Assembly: GCA_048937405.1 (NCBI GenBank) | Contig: JBHLNF010000001.1 | Span: forward strand, 224,001-288,000 | DNA length: 64,000 nt | Direction of reading: 5' to 3' | Origin: Promethearchaeota archaeon | Lineage (GTDB): Archaea; Asgardarchaeota; Lokiarchaeia; Sigyniarchaeales; SOKP01 | In this document: in pieces, positions 42,236 to 52,612 of the stretch | Layout: the number at the start of each line of letters is the position of its first letter | Numbering within the stretch: the stretch's first letter is position 1 | Made by a program: the position numbers and the translations under genes | Notes under the pieces: model-generated | Told to the model about the DNA's origin: nothing | Databases searched by the model: none | The model's input: the letters and a program-made list of their open reading frames with translations, nothing else

Positions 42236-42386
42236 CCTCACCAGTGTTTATATCCACCATTCTTAATATTCCTAAATAAATACTTTCAATTCAATAATAA
42301 ATACTTTTTATAAACCAATTAATCAATGGAATTTTCAGATTTCCTAAAAGTATAAATATTCAACAAATGAATAATTATCTGGATAA

Positions 42387-42520
42387 AAAAATTTCCAATT
42401 TACCTAAAAAAAATGATTAGTTCATGACTAAAAATTTCCAATTTACCTAAAAAAATGATTAGTTCATGACTAAAAATTTCCAATTTACATAAAAAAAATG
42501 ATTAGATCATGATTAAAAAT
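42387..42520 (+). repeat. Three tandem 42-43 bp repeats ending in the start codon of the FG-GAP gene
   Basis: Unit AAAAATTTCCAATTTAC(C/A)T-A7/8-TGATTAG(T/A)TCATGA(C/T)T at 42387, 42430 and 42472; no spacers. Confidence 0.92.
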
Positions 42521-45157
42521 AAACTTTTGATTATTGGATTGACATTTTTTTTAATAAGCAGTATTATTATCACAATTGTACCACTTCCAACAAATAATTA
42601 TATACAAACTAAGATTAAAGAGAAAGATGACATTCCGATAAACGAAATTGAGCCAATGGACCTTGGGATTATCCAACGAAATTATAAAGCTGATGGATCA
42701 ATAATTGAGGTAAAAAATAGTATTAATTTAGCAGATTCAACAACCCCCGGTGTTGAATCGGGAGATCATCCATTAGGGATAGATCAAATTCGATTTATTC
42801 CAAATAATGAATTAGCATTTGTTTGTCCAGGATTAAGTACAGATTTTGTTAATCTAAATGAAGTAGATATCAATCTAATTGAAAATGGAGTTGCCTCAAC
42901 CCCTTATCAGACTATGTTGGATGCAAGTTGTAGTTATGAATTCCAAGGAGGAGAACTAGGAGGACAAGCTGTTGATGCTACAAGTGGAGATGTTGATGGT
43001 GATATGAAAGATGAACTTGTAATAATTGATGAATCCGGAAAAGTCCGGATTTATAAATACAATACGACTTTAAGGCAGTTTAATAACATTACTCAATATG
43101 ATCTAGATATATCTGATGAACATTATTTTTATAGTCTTTCTCTGAATCAATTTAATGAAGATCTAGGTTTAGAAATAGTAATTGGATGTGGTTATGGAGA
43201 AAAAATCCAAATCTGGGATCCAGTTAATGCTGTAGGCAATTATTATAGTCCAGGTCTACGAAGTACTACAAGTGGAAGCCCAGGAGGAATTGCTGAATTC
43301 CATATTACTGAAAATACAAACCTTATGGATATAGAAACTGGAGATTTTAATGGAAATGGGTTCTGTGATATTGTTACTCTCGCACAAGATGGAGATTTAT
43401 TAGCATTTGAATTTGATTCAGTAGCTATAACCCAATTAGGGAGTGGAATCGAATTGAGTAATGGTGATTGGCAAGGATATCCCCATAATTTTCCAATGGG
43501 TCTAGCTACCGGAGATTTTAATGGAGATTCTCGATTAGATATAGCTGTGATGAAGTGTGATGTCAATCCAGGTAGTTATTATATTTATGCTGAAAACTAT
43601 TACGTTGAAACTGTTTATTGGAAAGGATTTTCAGCAGGAGGTACTGAATTTGTGAATTTAGGTGGGATAGATTTATCAGATTACGATATCTTTTTTCCTT
43701 CAATTGGAGCAGGTGATATTGATGGGGATGGATTATCTGAAACAGTAGTAGTGGGGAAACATGGACAAGGTATAGAAGTAGAGGCATGGTCTGTGTTAAT
43801 TTTTGATGATTGGGCTATTCCTCAAACAGCTCCAAAAGTTAACTTTCTTGGCGAATCACAATGTCCTTGGGCTGCAAAATCCTTCTCTTTTTCTGATGTA
43901 GATTTGGATGGGATTGATGAAATTTGTTTTTCAAGTGTCGAGAAATATGGAAATATTAGGGAAGAAAAATATTTAGCACAATTAGAAGACAGAAATACCT
44001 CTATTGTTAAAATTAATACCGAAACAAATCCATGGACAGCTACTACCTTAAAAGAATTTGACTCAACTTTGGGATATCCCGTTCCAGGAGATTATGATGG
44101 GGATGCGATTGTAATAGAATATTCTGGTCAACATTTCCCTCGGATAACTCCTCAAATCCCTATTTTTGTTTTGGCAGCGCCACCTATTTATTTTGATCTA
44201 AATGGTGAAGGCAGTGGTACTGCGGTATCAAAAGAAGAGTCTACTTCAATGGAAGTATCTGAGAGATTTAGTGTTATGGCGGGAATTAGAGTTTCTTTTG
44301 AAACCGGATTTGAATTATTTGGTACAGGGTTAAAATTTAAAACTAGCTTAGAAGCCAATTATCAATTTTCTCAAACAAAAACTACTACACAAACCGAAAC
44401 GATAGGTGTACGATATTCATCTGGTCATATGGAAAATCAGATTATTTGTGATGCGGTTGATTATGAATCTTATTTATACACGGTAACAAAGCATCCAAAA
44501 TCAGAAATGATAGGAAAAAATATATCAATAGATGTACCTATAAAAGTCTCTATCTATAGTATGACAGAGTCTTTATACAATAATGATAATTCTACAAATT
44601 ATATTGGGTCTGAAACGTATACTCATACACCAGGAAAACCTGGAACCTATCCAACTCGAGAAGAAGTAAATGCTCTAGAAGAGGTTGTGAAGATTATTGA
44701 CAAAATAGAAGTACCACAGGGGACTGGTATGGGCTGTGGAAGTACATTAAAATATACAAGGGAAAATGCGGAATCTGTTGAAAAGGAACATTCAATGGAA
44801 CTAATTTTCTCAGCGGGTATAGAAGCAGGAGGCTTTGGACTTGATATAAGTGTAGGGTTTGGTCTTGCGTGGGCCAATAAAGTCACTTATGGTCAAAGTA
44901 TGACATACGAGGGTACAGTTGCATGTATCTCCGATGTTAATGATTGGATGGCCCATAAATATTCATGGGGTCTCTTTATACAAAATATTGAACCAGATGA
45001 AGGGTTTTCATATCAATTAGTCCACTATTATACTGAAGGCGCTCCTAGTGATGATAAACCTTCCGAAGCAGTTCCAGGTTACAATACACTTTTAGTTATT
45101 GGAGTATTGATCATTTCACTTATTGTCCTAATATATTTTAAAAAACCGAAAAAGTAA
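42509..45157 (+). CDS. Secreted FG-GAP/VCBS-repeat surface protein with C-terminal Loki-CTERM/PGF-CTERM-like anchor
   Basis: N-terminal signal/TM; repeated GDxDGDxxDE/GDFNGD motifs; C-terminal VPGY plus TM helix plus KKPKK. Confidence 0.85.
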   Translation: MIKNKLLIIGLTFFLISSIIITIVPLPTNNYIQTKIKEKDDIPINEIEPMDLGIIQRNYKADGSIIEVKNSINLADSTTPGVESGDHPLGIDQIRFIPNNELAFVCPGLSTDFVNLNEVDINLIENGVASTPYQTMLDASCSYEFQGGELGGQAVDATSGDVDGDMKDELVIIDESGKVRIYKYNTTLRQFNNITQYDLDISDEHYFYSLSLNQFNEDLGLEIVIGCGYGEKIQIWDPVNAVGNYYSPGLRSTTSGSPGGIAEFHITENTNLMDIETGDFNGNGFCDIVTLAQDGDLLAFEFDSVAITQLGSGIELSNGDWQGYPHNFPMGLATGDFNGDSRLDIAVMKCDVNPGSYYIYAENYYVETVYWKGFSAGGTEFVNLGGIDLSDYDIFFPSIGAGDIDGDGLSETVVVGKHGQGIEVEAWSVLIFDDWAIPQTAPKVNFLGESQCPWAAKSFSFSDVDLDGIDEICFSSVEKYGNIREEKYLAQLEDRNTSIVKINTETNPWTATTLKEFDSTLGYPVPGDYDGDAIVIEYSGQHFPRITPQIPIFVLAAPPIYFDLNGEGSGTAVSKEESTSMEVSERFSVMAGIRVSFETGFELFGTGLKFKTSLEANYQFSQTKTTTQTETIGVRYSSGHMENQIICDAVDYESYLYTVTKHPKSEMIGKNISIDVPIKVSIYSMTESLYNNDNSTNYIGSETYTHTPGKPGTYPTREEVNALEEVVKIIDKIEVPQGTGMGCGSTLKYTRENAESVEKEHSMELIFSAGIEAGGFGLDISVGFGLAWANKVTYGQSMTYEGTVACISDVNDWMAHKYSWGLFIQNIEPDEGFSYQLVHYYTEGAPSDDKPSEAVPGYNTLLVIGVLIISLIVLIYFKKPKK

Positions 45158-45635
45158 GTTCTATTACCTTTTAAGTCGTAGCTTCTTTTTTTTTTTTATT
45201 TTGTTGGATGATTTTCATTTTCCCTTCATAAAGAAGAATATTAAAAATATCGTGAATCTCACTTGCCAATAATTTAATAAGGGTCAAAAGTATGATGCTA
45301 TAGAATGACTTAAAGAATCAAAGAAGAATTCCTTAAAACTTAAATAGTCTAAAGGTGTAGTCTATGCAGAACATATGATCCTAAAAACTAAAAAAAAATA
45401 TAAGAGAAAAAAGAGGAGAAGCGATTTAGGCGAAAATAATCAATTTATGATTATTAGGGATTAAGATAAGTTTTTTGCTTTAATTGCTTTCTTAGAAGAA
45501 AAGACCATACTTGAATAACGAATTAGTGAAGAAATGAGAGAAATTTACAAATTATTACCAAATGGTCGTTAAATTTTTCATATTGTTAAGAGTGAAACTG
45601 TAAAGATTAAAAAAGGAGTTTTTTTAGTTTATAAT

Positions 45636-46838
45636 ATGGTAGTCTATTTTGCGTTTTTATTTCATATCTATCAACCCCCAGTTCAGATACCCGCTGTTAT
45701 CAACCAAATCGTAAAAGAATCATATCGACCGATAATTGATGCATTGATGGAACACCCTGAAGCAAAAATAAGCTTAAATATTAATGGCACGTTAACGGAA
45801 CAATTACATGATTTTGGATATGATGATTTAATCGGGTTGATGACTACCCTTGCCTCAAGGGGGCAAATTGAGTTTACAGGGTCAGGAAAGTTTCACCCCT
45901 TACTTCCTCTCATTCCTGAGCCTGAAATTATGCGCCAAATCAAACTTAATAATGAAACGAATCGACATTTTTTTGGAGAATTGTATAAACCACGAGGCTT
46001 TTTTCCCCCAGAAATGGCAGTTTCCGAAGAGGTGTTTAAAACCGTTAGGAAAGCAGGGTTTGATTGGATGATCATGAGCGGAATTGCTAATACATTGCCA
46101 GAATTTCCTACAAATCATATATCTGTTCATCCAAATGGGTTAAAAGTGCTATTTAGGGATGATTATATTTCCATTGATTGCGCTTTTGATAAGATTAATA
46201 ATGTGGAAGCATTTGCCAATAGATTAAAATATATGAATAGCCCAAATGACGTATACGTAATTCTAAGTCTTGATGGAGAAACATTTGGACATCATGTAAA
46301 GCACGCGATAAAAGATTTCTTAATTCCATTGTTCGAGGCTCTCCCTCACAGAGACGATATAAAAATAGGTACGGTGTCGGAATTAATGGATAAATTCCCC
46401 AAGGGGTTCACTCAGGTTCCGCGGGATTCCAGTTGGTCCACCATGCCCTACGATATTGCCCATGATGTCCCCTTTCCCCTCTGGTTCGACCCAAACAATG
46501 AGATCCACAGAGAACAGCATAAGTTTTTCATGTATGCCCTCACTTTAATCCATCTCTCCAATAAATATCGGGAAAGCATGAATGACGAGAAAAAACGAAT
46601 TTTTGACAACGCTAGAAACTTGTTAGATCGCGGAATTCATTCATGTCAGCAATGGTGGGCTTCCAAACGCCCATGGTACAGCCCTGATATGATACTCCGC
46701 GGATTGAATGAAGTATTGATGGCAAGCGTCAATGCGAAACGTAGTATTCCAGATAATAATCCTGACATTAAAGATGCGATGGAGCTTATTATGGGAGATA
46801 TGCTAAAAGCTCAAAACAAAATAATACTGTCTCTTTAA
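45636..46838 (+). CDS. Glycoside hydrolase family 57 (alpha-amylase/amylopullulanase-like), full length
   Basis: HIYQP, HPLLPLI, FFPPEMA (nucleophile), LDGETFGHH (acid/base), SSWS and HSCQQWW. Confidence 0.92.
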   Translation: MVVYFAFLFHIYQPPVQIPAVINQIVKESYRPIIDALMEHPEAKISLNINGTLTEQLHDFGYDDLIGLMTTLASRGQIEFTGSGKFHPLLPLIPEPEIMRQIKLNNETNRHFFGELYKPRGFFPPEMAVSEEVFKTVRKAGFDWMIMSGIANTLPEFPTNHISVHPNGLKVLFRDDYISIDCAFDKINNVEAFANRLKYMNSPNDVYVILSLDGETFGHHVKHAIKDFLIPLFEALPHRDDIKIGTVSELMDKFPKGFTQVPRDSSWSTMPYDIAHDVPFPLWFDPNNEIHREQHKFFMYALTLIHLSNKYRESMNDEKKRIFDNARNLLDRGIHSCQQWWASKRPWYSPDMILRGLNEVLMASVNAKRSIPDNNPDIKDAMELIMGDMLKAQNKIILSL

Positions 46839-46977
46839 TTCTTAATATTCTGAAATGAAAAGTTAAGTATAAATTTGGATAAAGCTTAAAATAAAATAAT
46901 CGTAACTTTGATGTGAAAACGAAAAAAAAGAAGAAAAAATGTAATAAGAACTTAATTAAGTCCTAGTACCGTTTAAT

Positions 46978-47343
46978 TTATACATTAGCTGTTTCTAAAG
47001 GTGATTTCTTGAGATTTCCCTCCAGTAAATCAAAAATACTATTCCAAAGGAGTTTTTTAGACTTCTTACCGCTCTTTTCAAACTCTACTTTCAAAATTTT
47101 ACCTTCGGATGGATCATCTATGATATGAAAGGTTCCAATAAAATCTTTCCCTGATTTTATTTCTATTATATTGGATGCAATATTATTGATTATAATTTCT
47201 TTTCCAAGAAACTTAAATAAGAATTGGCCTCGTAGATTTTCTAGAAATGCCTCAACTGCGCTGGTAATAACAGTATTAATTAAACTATCAGTCCAATCTG
47301 GATGACATTTTATAATTTTTGGCTTAGTATTATTTGTGTTATT
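46978..47343 (-). CDS. Stand-alone paralog of the C-terminal domain of the adjacent SIR2-TPR protein (no ATG; pseudogene or non-AUG start)
   Basis: 121 open codons missed by the track: ...KIIKCHPDW...NIIEIKSGKDFIGTFHII...KILKVEFEK...LLWNSIFDLL, aligning to CHPKW...NLLEISSGDNFKATFHII...QILHIEWEE...VWEGIISSL. Confidence 0.65.
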   Translation of the reverse strand, partial: NNTNNTKPKIIKCHPDWTDSLINTVITSAVEAFLENLRGQFLFKFLGKEIIINNIASNIIEIKSGKDFIGTFHIIDDPSEGKILKVEFEKSGKKSKKLLWNSIFDLLEGNLKKSPLETANV

Positions 47344-47384
47344 TTATCTTTAATAAAGGTTTAGGTTAATAGAAAATTACGGTA

Positions 47385-49556
47385 TTATTTTATCAAGGAT
47401 TTTAAACCTGGTTTTTTGAACAAATCTGTCAATGAGGAGATAATTCCTTCCCATACTTGTCTTGTCACCGGACTCCTTTCTTCCCATTCAATATGAAGGA
47501 TCTGTTTCTTCTTATCTTTTTCAATAATATGAAAAGTGGCTTTAAAATTATCACCAGAGGAGATTTCTAAGAGGTTTGGTTCCAATTCATTACAATTTGT
47601 TATAACTCTTTGCCAATTAAGGGAATCTCTAAAATTGTCAAAAAAGGGTTTTATAAATCCTTTTAAAAAATTTTTAATGTCATTTGAATTCCATTTTGGA
47701 TGGCAAATGATCTCTTGTTTTATTTTTCTTATTCCTTGAGTATCTCCATCTTTGACGACCATACCTATAGTTTCCGCTGTTTTATCTTTAGCTGCTTTAA
47801 TCAATTCAAGGATGGAGTTTTTTGTTTCTTTTTCTCCAATTATTTCGGCAATATTACTTGCTTCTTCATATAATTCAACCGCTTCTTGAAACTTTCCTTG
47901 AGATTCATTTATCCTTGCCAAATTTGCTAAGCATACGATTTTTAAACTAGGAACCCCCAATTGTTCGGAGATTTTTAATGCTTCTTCCGTACTTTTCTTA
48001 GCTTCTTTATAATTTCTAGATGCTGCATAGATGTTTGCTATATTATTTAGAATAATACCTTTTGGTTTTAGGAGTCCTAATTTTTCTATGATTTCTAATC
48101 CTTCATTATAGTGTTTTAAAGCCTCAGAGTATTGCTGTTGCTTACTGTATAAATCACCAAGATTATTATGACAAGATGCTTGTTTCTTTAAATCTCCCAC
48201 CCTTTTATCGATATCTAGTGATTCTTTATACTTTATCATTGCTGCAGGATAATCTTTAATTTTTGTATAAGCTAATGCCATATTATTAAAAATACTAGAT
48301 TTTAGAGACAATTCACTGGAAATTGTAGGAATATCATAAGCCTCTTCTAAATTTTTTAAGGCCTCTGAATATTTTCCTTGATCTATTAAAACTTCTGCAA
48401 TATCATTGAGAGCAATTGCTATCCAAATATTATATCCTCCTTCATTAGCAATTTGAAGAATTTCTTTACTGCTCTTTATAGCATTTGGATACATATCCAA
48501 AGCACGGTAGATTCTATTAGGAATATAATGTTGAGTAACTTCAAGGACATTTTGATAAATTTTATTGAGATATTCTTTGAGATCCAGAGAAAAATTTTCA
48601 TTACTTATATTAGGTTTAATATCTAATAATTCTTCTACCATTTTATCCGTGTTCACATTTACCAAGTATATTTGGTTTATATTTTTCCCCTGCCAGATTT
48701 CATAAAGAATCTGAGCAACTTTCCTTAAATTCATTTCCAATTTGTCTAATGATTGAGATGTATTATCACTAATCTCGTATATCTGTTCTTTTCCCATTTC
48801 TATGTTATGTGTAAAATTTATCCATATAATATTCTGAACATAGTTTAATATTTTTAAGGTGGGTACAATATCAAAATCATCGCTGCCAGAATAACCCATT
48901 ACTACTAAGGAACGATCTTTTGTGACATTTTCAAATAAAGGGCGTTTAAAAGATTCTAATTGAAATACATTTTCTCCCTGTTTGTTTGATCCAAATGCTT
49001 GAATTGTGGCAACTAGAGAATCTCTGGTGTTTTCTTTGGTTGAAAAATTTTTTGTTGAACCATGTATTTTATATACTGATTTTTTTCCTTGATTTAACTG
49101 TTCATAAGGATCTGCAAATTTTTCAAAATCCTCTTTTGTTATTACTGGAACAATCTCCTCAAGAGCTACCCCTGATTGGTTTAAGGCATATTCAATTAAA
49201 TAATCGAAATTAGTAGTCATAACAAAATTTCCACGTTTTATCATCTCTGCTAAGAAAAAATGTTGGATATTTGGTTTATCACATTGACCATAGTAATCGA
49301 TAAGACTGAGATTTTTATCTATTTGATTTCGAATAACCTCAACTAAAGCTTCAAATCGTAATTTTCCTGATTTCATTAACTCTAATATGGTATTAATCTC
49401 AGATTGAGCACATGTATGATTAATTAATGCGTTCATCATTGCATACCCTGCGGGAAGACATGAAGGAGCACTAACGGAACAACCTGCTCCCACTAAAAAA
49501 GTCCATTTTTGATCCAAATTTAGCAAATCATTTATCTTAAGGTTAGTAAGTCTCAT
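47385..49556 (-). CDS. SIR2-like (SIR2_2) domain plus TPR repeats plus C-terminal unknown domain
   Basis: FLVGAGCS, TTNFD, KIHGS and GYSGSDDFDI, followed by about six TPRs. Confidence 0.88.
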   Translation of the reverse strand: MRLTNLKINDLLNLDQKWTFLVGAGCSVSAPSCLPAGYAMMNALINHTCAQSEINTILELMKSGKLRFEALVEVIRNQIDKNLSLIDYYGQCDKPNIQHFFLAEMIKRGNFVMTTNFDYLIEYALNQSGVALEEIVPVITKEDFEKFADPYEQLNQGKKSVYKIHGSTKNFSTKENTRDSLVATIQAFGSNKQGENVFQLESFKRPLFENVTKDRSLVVMGYSGSDDFDIVPTLKILNYVQNIIWINFTHNIEMGKEQIYEISDNTSQSLDKLEMNLRKVAQILYEIWQGKNINQIYLVNVNTDKMVEELLDIKPNISNENFSLDLKEYLNKIYQNVLEVTQHYIPNRIYRALDMYPNAIKSSKEILQIANEGGYNIWIAIALNDIAEVLIDQGKYSEALKNLEEAYDIPTISSELSLKSSIFNNMALAYTKIKDYPAAMIKYKESLDIDKRVGDLKKQASCHNNLGDLYSKQQQYSEALKHYNEGLEIIEKLGLLKPKGIILNNIANIYAASRNYKEAKKSTEEALKISEQLGVPSLKIVCLANLARINESQGKFQEAVELYEEASNIAEIIGEKETKNSILELIKAAKDKTAETIGMVVKDGDTQGIRKIKQEIICHPKWNSNDIKNFLKGFIKPFFDNFRDSLNWQRVITNCNELEPNLLEISSGDNFKATFHIIEKDKKKQILHIEWEERSPVTRQVWEGIISSLTDLFKKPGLKSLIK

Positions 49557-49864
49557 AAGATTTCACCATTAAAATATAAAATTTAGGAATAATAAGGAAG
49601 AGCATTATTTATTTATTATGTTTCTACTTAAATGTAAAAAAGACAAAATTAATATAATGGAGCTTATTATGGAAGATACACTAAATACACAAGATAAGAT
49701 AGTTTTGTCCTTAATGTGAATATTGGTTTCAAATAGAGAAATCATTAAATTAACTCATCTTGATAATGTAATTTTATTAGAAAAATCTTTCAATTTCTTC
49801 AATAATCTCTTCTGAATAATGAGTTTTTCAATATGCACAATTGCTTCTGTTACTAATTTAGTTT

Positions 49865-51568
49865 TTAAATACTAATTTCATCTTCTTCTACTTTTAAAAC
49901 TAATTTAAAAGTACTTCCTTTTCCATATTTGCTTTTTACTGTTATATCTCCTCCGAGTAAATTCGCTAACTTCTTAGAAAGATGAAGTCCTAGACCACTT
50001 CCCTCTTTATACTTTCCAGGTTCAGGAATTCGACTAAATGGTTTGAATAATTTATTTAAATCCTCTTTTTGTATTCCTGAACCAGTATCTTTAACAGAAA
50101 TTACAACGCTTTCTTTTTTTCTTTTAATTTTTATAGATATTCTTCCGCTATCAGTGAATTTTATTGCATTTCCGATCAGATTTATTAAAATTTGATTTAC
50201 CCGTTTTTTATCGTTGCTAATTATAAGGTTTTCGGGAGCATCAATAAATAGGTCGAGACCTTTTTTCTTAGCAGCAACACTGAAAGTTTCTTTCAAATTT
50301 ATTAACTCTTCTACGAGATTAAAGTTATCTTTTACTATGGGTAATTTACTTATTTCTATTTTAGTCATATCAATTGTATCAGTTATTAAATCATCTAAAT
50401 AAGTTGCACTGTTGAGAATAATATTAAGTTGGTTTTCTTGTTCTTCATTTATCTCTCCGGCTCTTCCCTTCAATATTGTTCTTGTAAAACCTATTATAGA
50501 GGTTAATGGAGTTTTTAACTCATGAGTTATACTTGCTAAAAAGCTAACTTGTTGCGGTCTTGTGAACATTGCTAAGAAATCAGCTTTATAGGCTTCATCC
50601 TTTTTTAATTTTTCTTCACTTACTGAGAGTATTTCAGAATGCATGTTTTTTATTATGTGAATCAACAATATAGAAAAATATATAATTGCGAATAATAATT
50701 CACTGATTAATAAATTCCATTCAAAAGACCAATTTTTTTGTTTAGTTACTACACCAATATCAATAATTGTAATTCCAATGAGTATAGGAATAGTAAAAAT
50801 TGCAAAAAATACCCAATAAGTTAGGGGTTTAGAAACTACATTAGGATCAAAAATTATTGGAATAATAATAATACAACAACCTGTAATTAAAAAAAGAGGA
50901 CCTAAAAATAATGGAAATAAATTGAGCTCTTTATGAGTACTTTTTGCAAAGTTTAATGAAATCATGAATAATATAAATCCAGAGAAAAAGAACGAAGACA
51001 CAGCTTTAAACTCAAGACGGGACCATTTAGTATAAAGAAATAATATTAATGGAATAAAAACTATTAATTCAATTACTAAAAAGACATTAAAAACAAATTT
51101 CGCTATTCTAATTTTATTGATGATTGAAAAAAAAATTTCTATCCCTATCGTAACTGTACAAATAATTGTCAGAAGAAATCTTGTTCGTTTTGCGATTATA
51201 TCAAATGCTAATACAAAGAACATACCTCCTAATCCAAAAGAGATATAACTTAATACACCAAAAAGTGTGTATGGGTCAGAGATTCGTTCAGAAGATGGAT
51301 AATCTCCGCAAAATGTTAATGAGTCGTTAACAAAATTTACTGGAGATAGAGGGATTTGAAGAACTTGAAAATAAGTAAATAACAGACTAAATGCAAAACC
51401 AAGGGGCAAACTTGCTAGTCCTAGCATACTAATTCTTTCCCTAAAGACTTCTCTTTTTCCTGCTATATGTATAAAATAAATTCCACATATTAAGGCAATT
51501 GTAATTGCACATCCCCAAAGAAATCTTTCAAGGGGATCCCAAACCATTACTCCATTAATACATCCCAT
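49865..51568 (-). CDS. Membrane-bound sensor histidine kinase
   Basis: About nine TM helices, then THELKTPL, NAIKFT, DTGSG and GSGLGL. Confidence 0.92.
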   Translation of the reverse strand: MGCINGVMVWDPLERFLWGCAITIALICGIYFIHIAGKREVFRERISMLGLASLPLGFAFSLLFTYFQVLQIPLSPVNFVNDSLTFCGDYPSSERISDPYTLFGVLSYISFGLGGMFFVLAFDIIAKRTRFLLTIICTVTIGIEIFFSIINKIRIAKFVFNVFLVIELIVFIPLILFLYTKWSRLEFKAVSSFFFSGFILFMISLNFAKSTHKELNLFPLFLGPLFLITGCCIIIIPIIFDPNVVSKPLTYWVFFAIFTIPILIGITIIDIGVVTKQKNWSFEWNLLISELLFAIIYFSILLIHIIKNMHSEILSVSEEKLKKDEAYKADFLAMFTRPQQVSFLASITHELKTPLTSIIGFTRTILKGRAGEINEEQENQLNIILNSATYLDDLITDTIDMTKIEISKLPIVKDNFNLVEELINLKETFSVAAKKKGLDLFIDAPENLIISNDKKRVNQILINLIGNAIKFTDSGRISIKIKRKKESVVISVKDTGSGIQKEDLNKLFKPFSRIPEPGKYKEGSGLGLHLSKKLANLLGGDITVKSKYGKGSTFKLVLKVEEDEISI

Positions 51569-51660
51569 ATTTTCATCTTCTCGTTGAATATTAATGTTTT
51601 AATTCAATATTTTCAATTTTTCAAATTAATATTACACTTAAATTTAAGAAAATATAAATA

Positions 51661-51689
51661 TTAATTACTTTATTGTCAAATATTTAAAT
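51661..51689 (+). promoter_or_regulatory. 29-bp TATA-containing element, copy 1
   Basis: TTAATTACTTTATTGTCAAATATTTAAAT, 27/29 identical to 52609-52637; TTTAAAT lies about 30 nt before ATG 51719. Confidence 0.65.
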
Positions 51690-51718
51690 CTTTTTTATTC
51701 ATTTATTGGAGAATTAAA

Positions 51719-52612
51719 ATGAAACCCTTAATACTTGTAGTTGAGGATGATCCCAATATATTAAAATATCTGAAAATGACTTTAGAATTTAATGAATGCA
51801 AAGTAATTACAGCAGAAAACGGAAAAATGGGTTTAAAAGTTCTTTCAGAGCTAAAAGAACCTCTTGATCTTATTATTAGTGATATTATGATGCCCGAGAT
51901 GAATGGATACGACTTTTTTGATGCTGTTTCTAATAATTCAGCCTATTATCAGGTTCCATTCATCTTCCTTTCCGCTCTTGATTCTCCGGAAGATATTCGA
52001 TTTGGAAAGATGCTTGGAGTAGATGATTATATCACTAAACCTATTAATGAAGAAGACTTTCTGGCAATTGTTTTTGGCAAAATTAAACGCGGTAAAAAAA
52101 TTAGCGTGATTAATGAAAAAATAAATGAAATTTATTCTACCCCTGGGATCTCAGAATTACTAGTTCCTAAGGAAAATGAGGAAATAATTTTATTAATTGA
52201 AGTAAACTGGGATGATGTAGTAGGTCCAAAATTAATAAACTATTATCCCAAAGATATTGAATTAGATGTATCGCTTAGTAATATTAGTGATCAGCTTTAT
52301 GATGGTGTTAAAGCAATGTATGGTCAAGATGCTATTTTAACTGGAGAAGGACTCTTAATTAATTTAAAAAATCTAAATGTTAGTGCATATGTCTTTTTTG
52401 ATTCATATCTTGATAAATCTTATAGAGGAGGAAGAAAAGATTATATGTTTTCGCTAATTGCATCCACTATAACATATTTCCAGTCTCTAAAAATTAAACA
52501 AGTTTTTATAGAACTATCATCTTTATATAAAAAACAGGAAAAATGGGATATAGAAAAGTTTTGGAACGAATTTTATGAGATCCTTTCAAAACCATCACTA
52601 ATATCTAGTTAA
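51719..52612 (+). CDS. Response regulator (REC) fused to longin/uDENN-like domain
   Basis: REC: VVEDD, SDIMMPEMNG, FLSA and YITKP. C-terminal VNWDDVVGPKLINYYP resembles longin/uDENN beta1-beta2 (inference). Confidence 0.8.
   Translation: MKPLILVVEDDPNILKYLKMTLEFNECKVITAENGKMGLKVLSELKEPLDLIISDIMMPEMNGYDFFDAVSNNSAYYQVPFIFLSALDSPEDIRFGKMLGVDDYITKPINEEDFLAIVFGKIKRGKKISVINEKINEIYSTPGISELLVPKENEEIILLIEVNWDDVVGPKLINYYPKDIELDVSLSNISDQLYDGVKAMYGQDAILTGEGLLINLKNLNVSAYVFFDSYLDKSYRGGRKDYMFSLIASTITYFQSLKIKQVFIELSSLYKKQEKWDIEKFWNEFYEILSKPSLISS

Noticed and set aside
42387-42520. Possible CRISPR array
   Set aside because: The units are directly adjacent with no unique spacers, and there are no cas genes; it is a tandem repeat.
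47340-47400. Second mRNA intron fusing SIR2-TPR to the downstream duplicated domain
   Set aside because: A GATAAAATAA repeat is present 46 nt apart, but I could not build a BHB-like helix at cut sites that would restore the frame.
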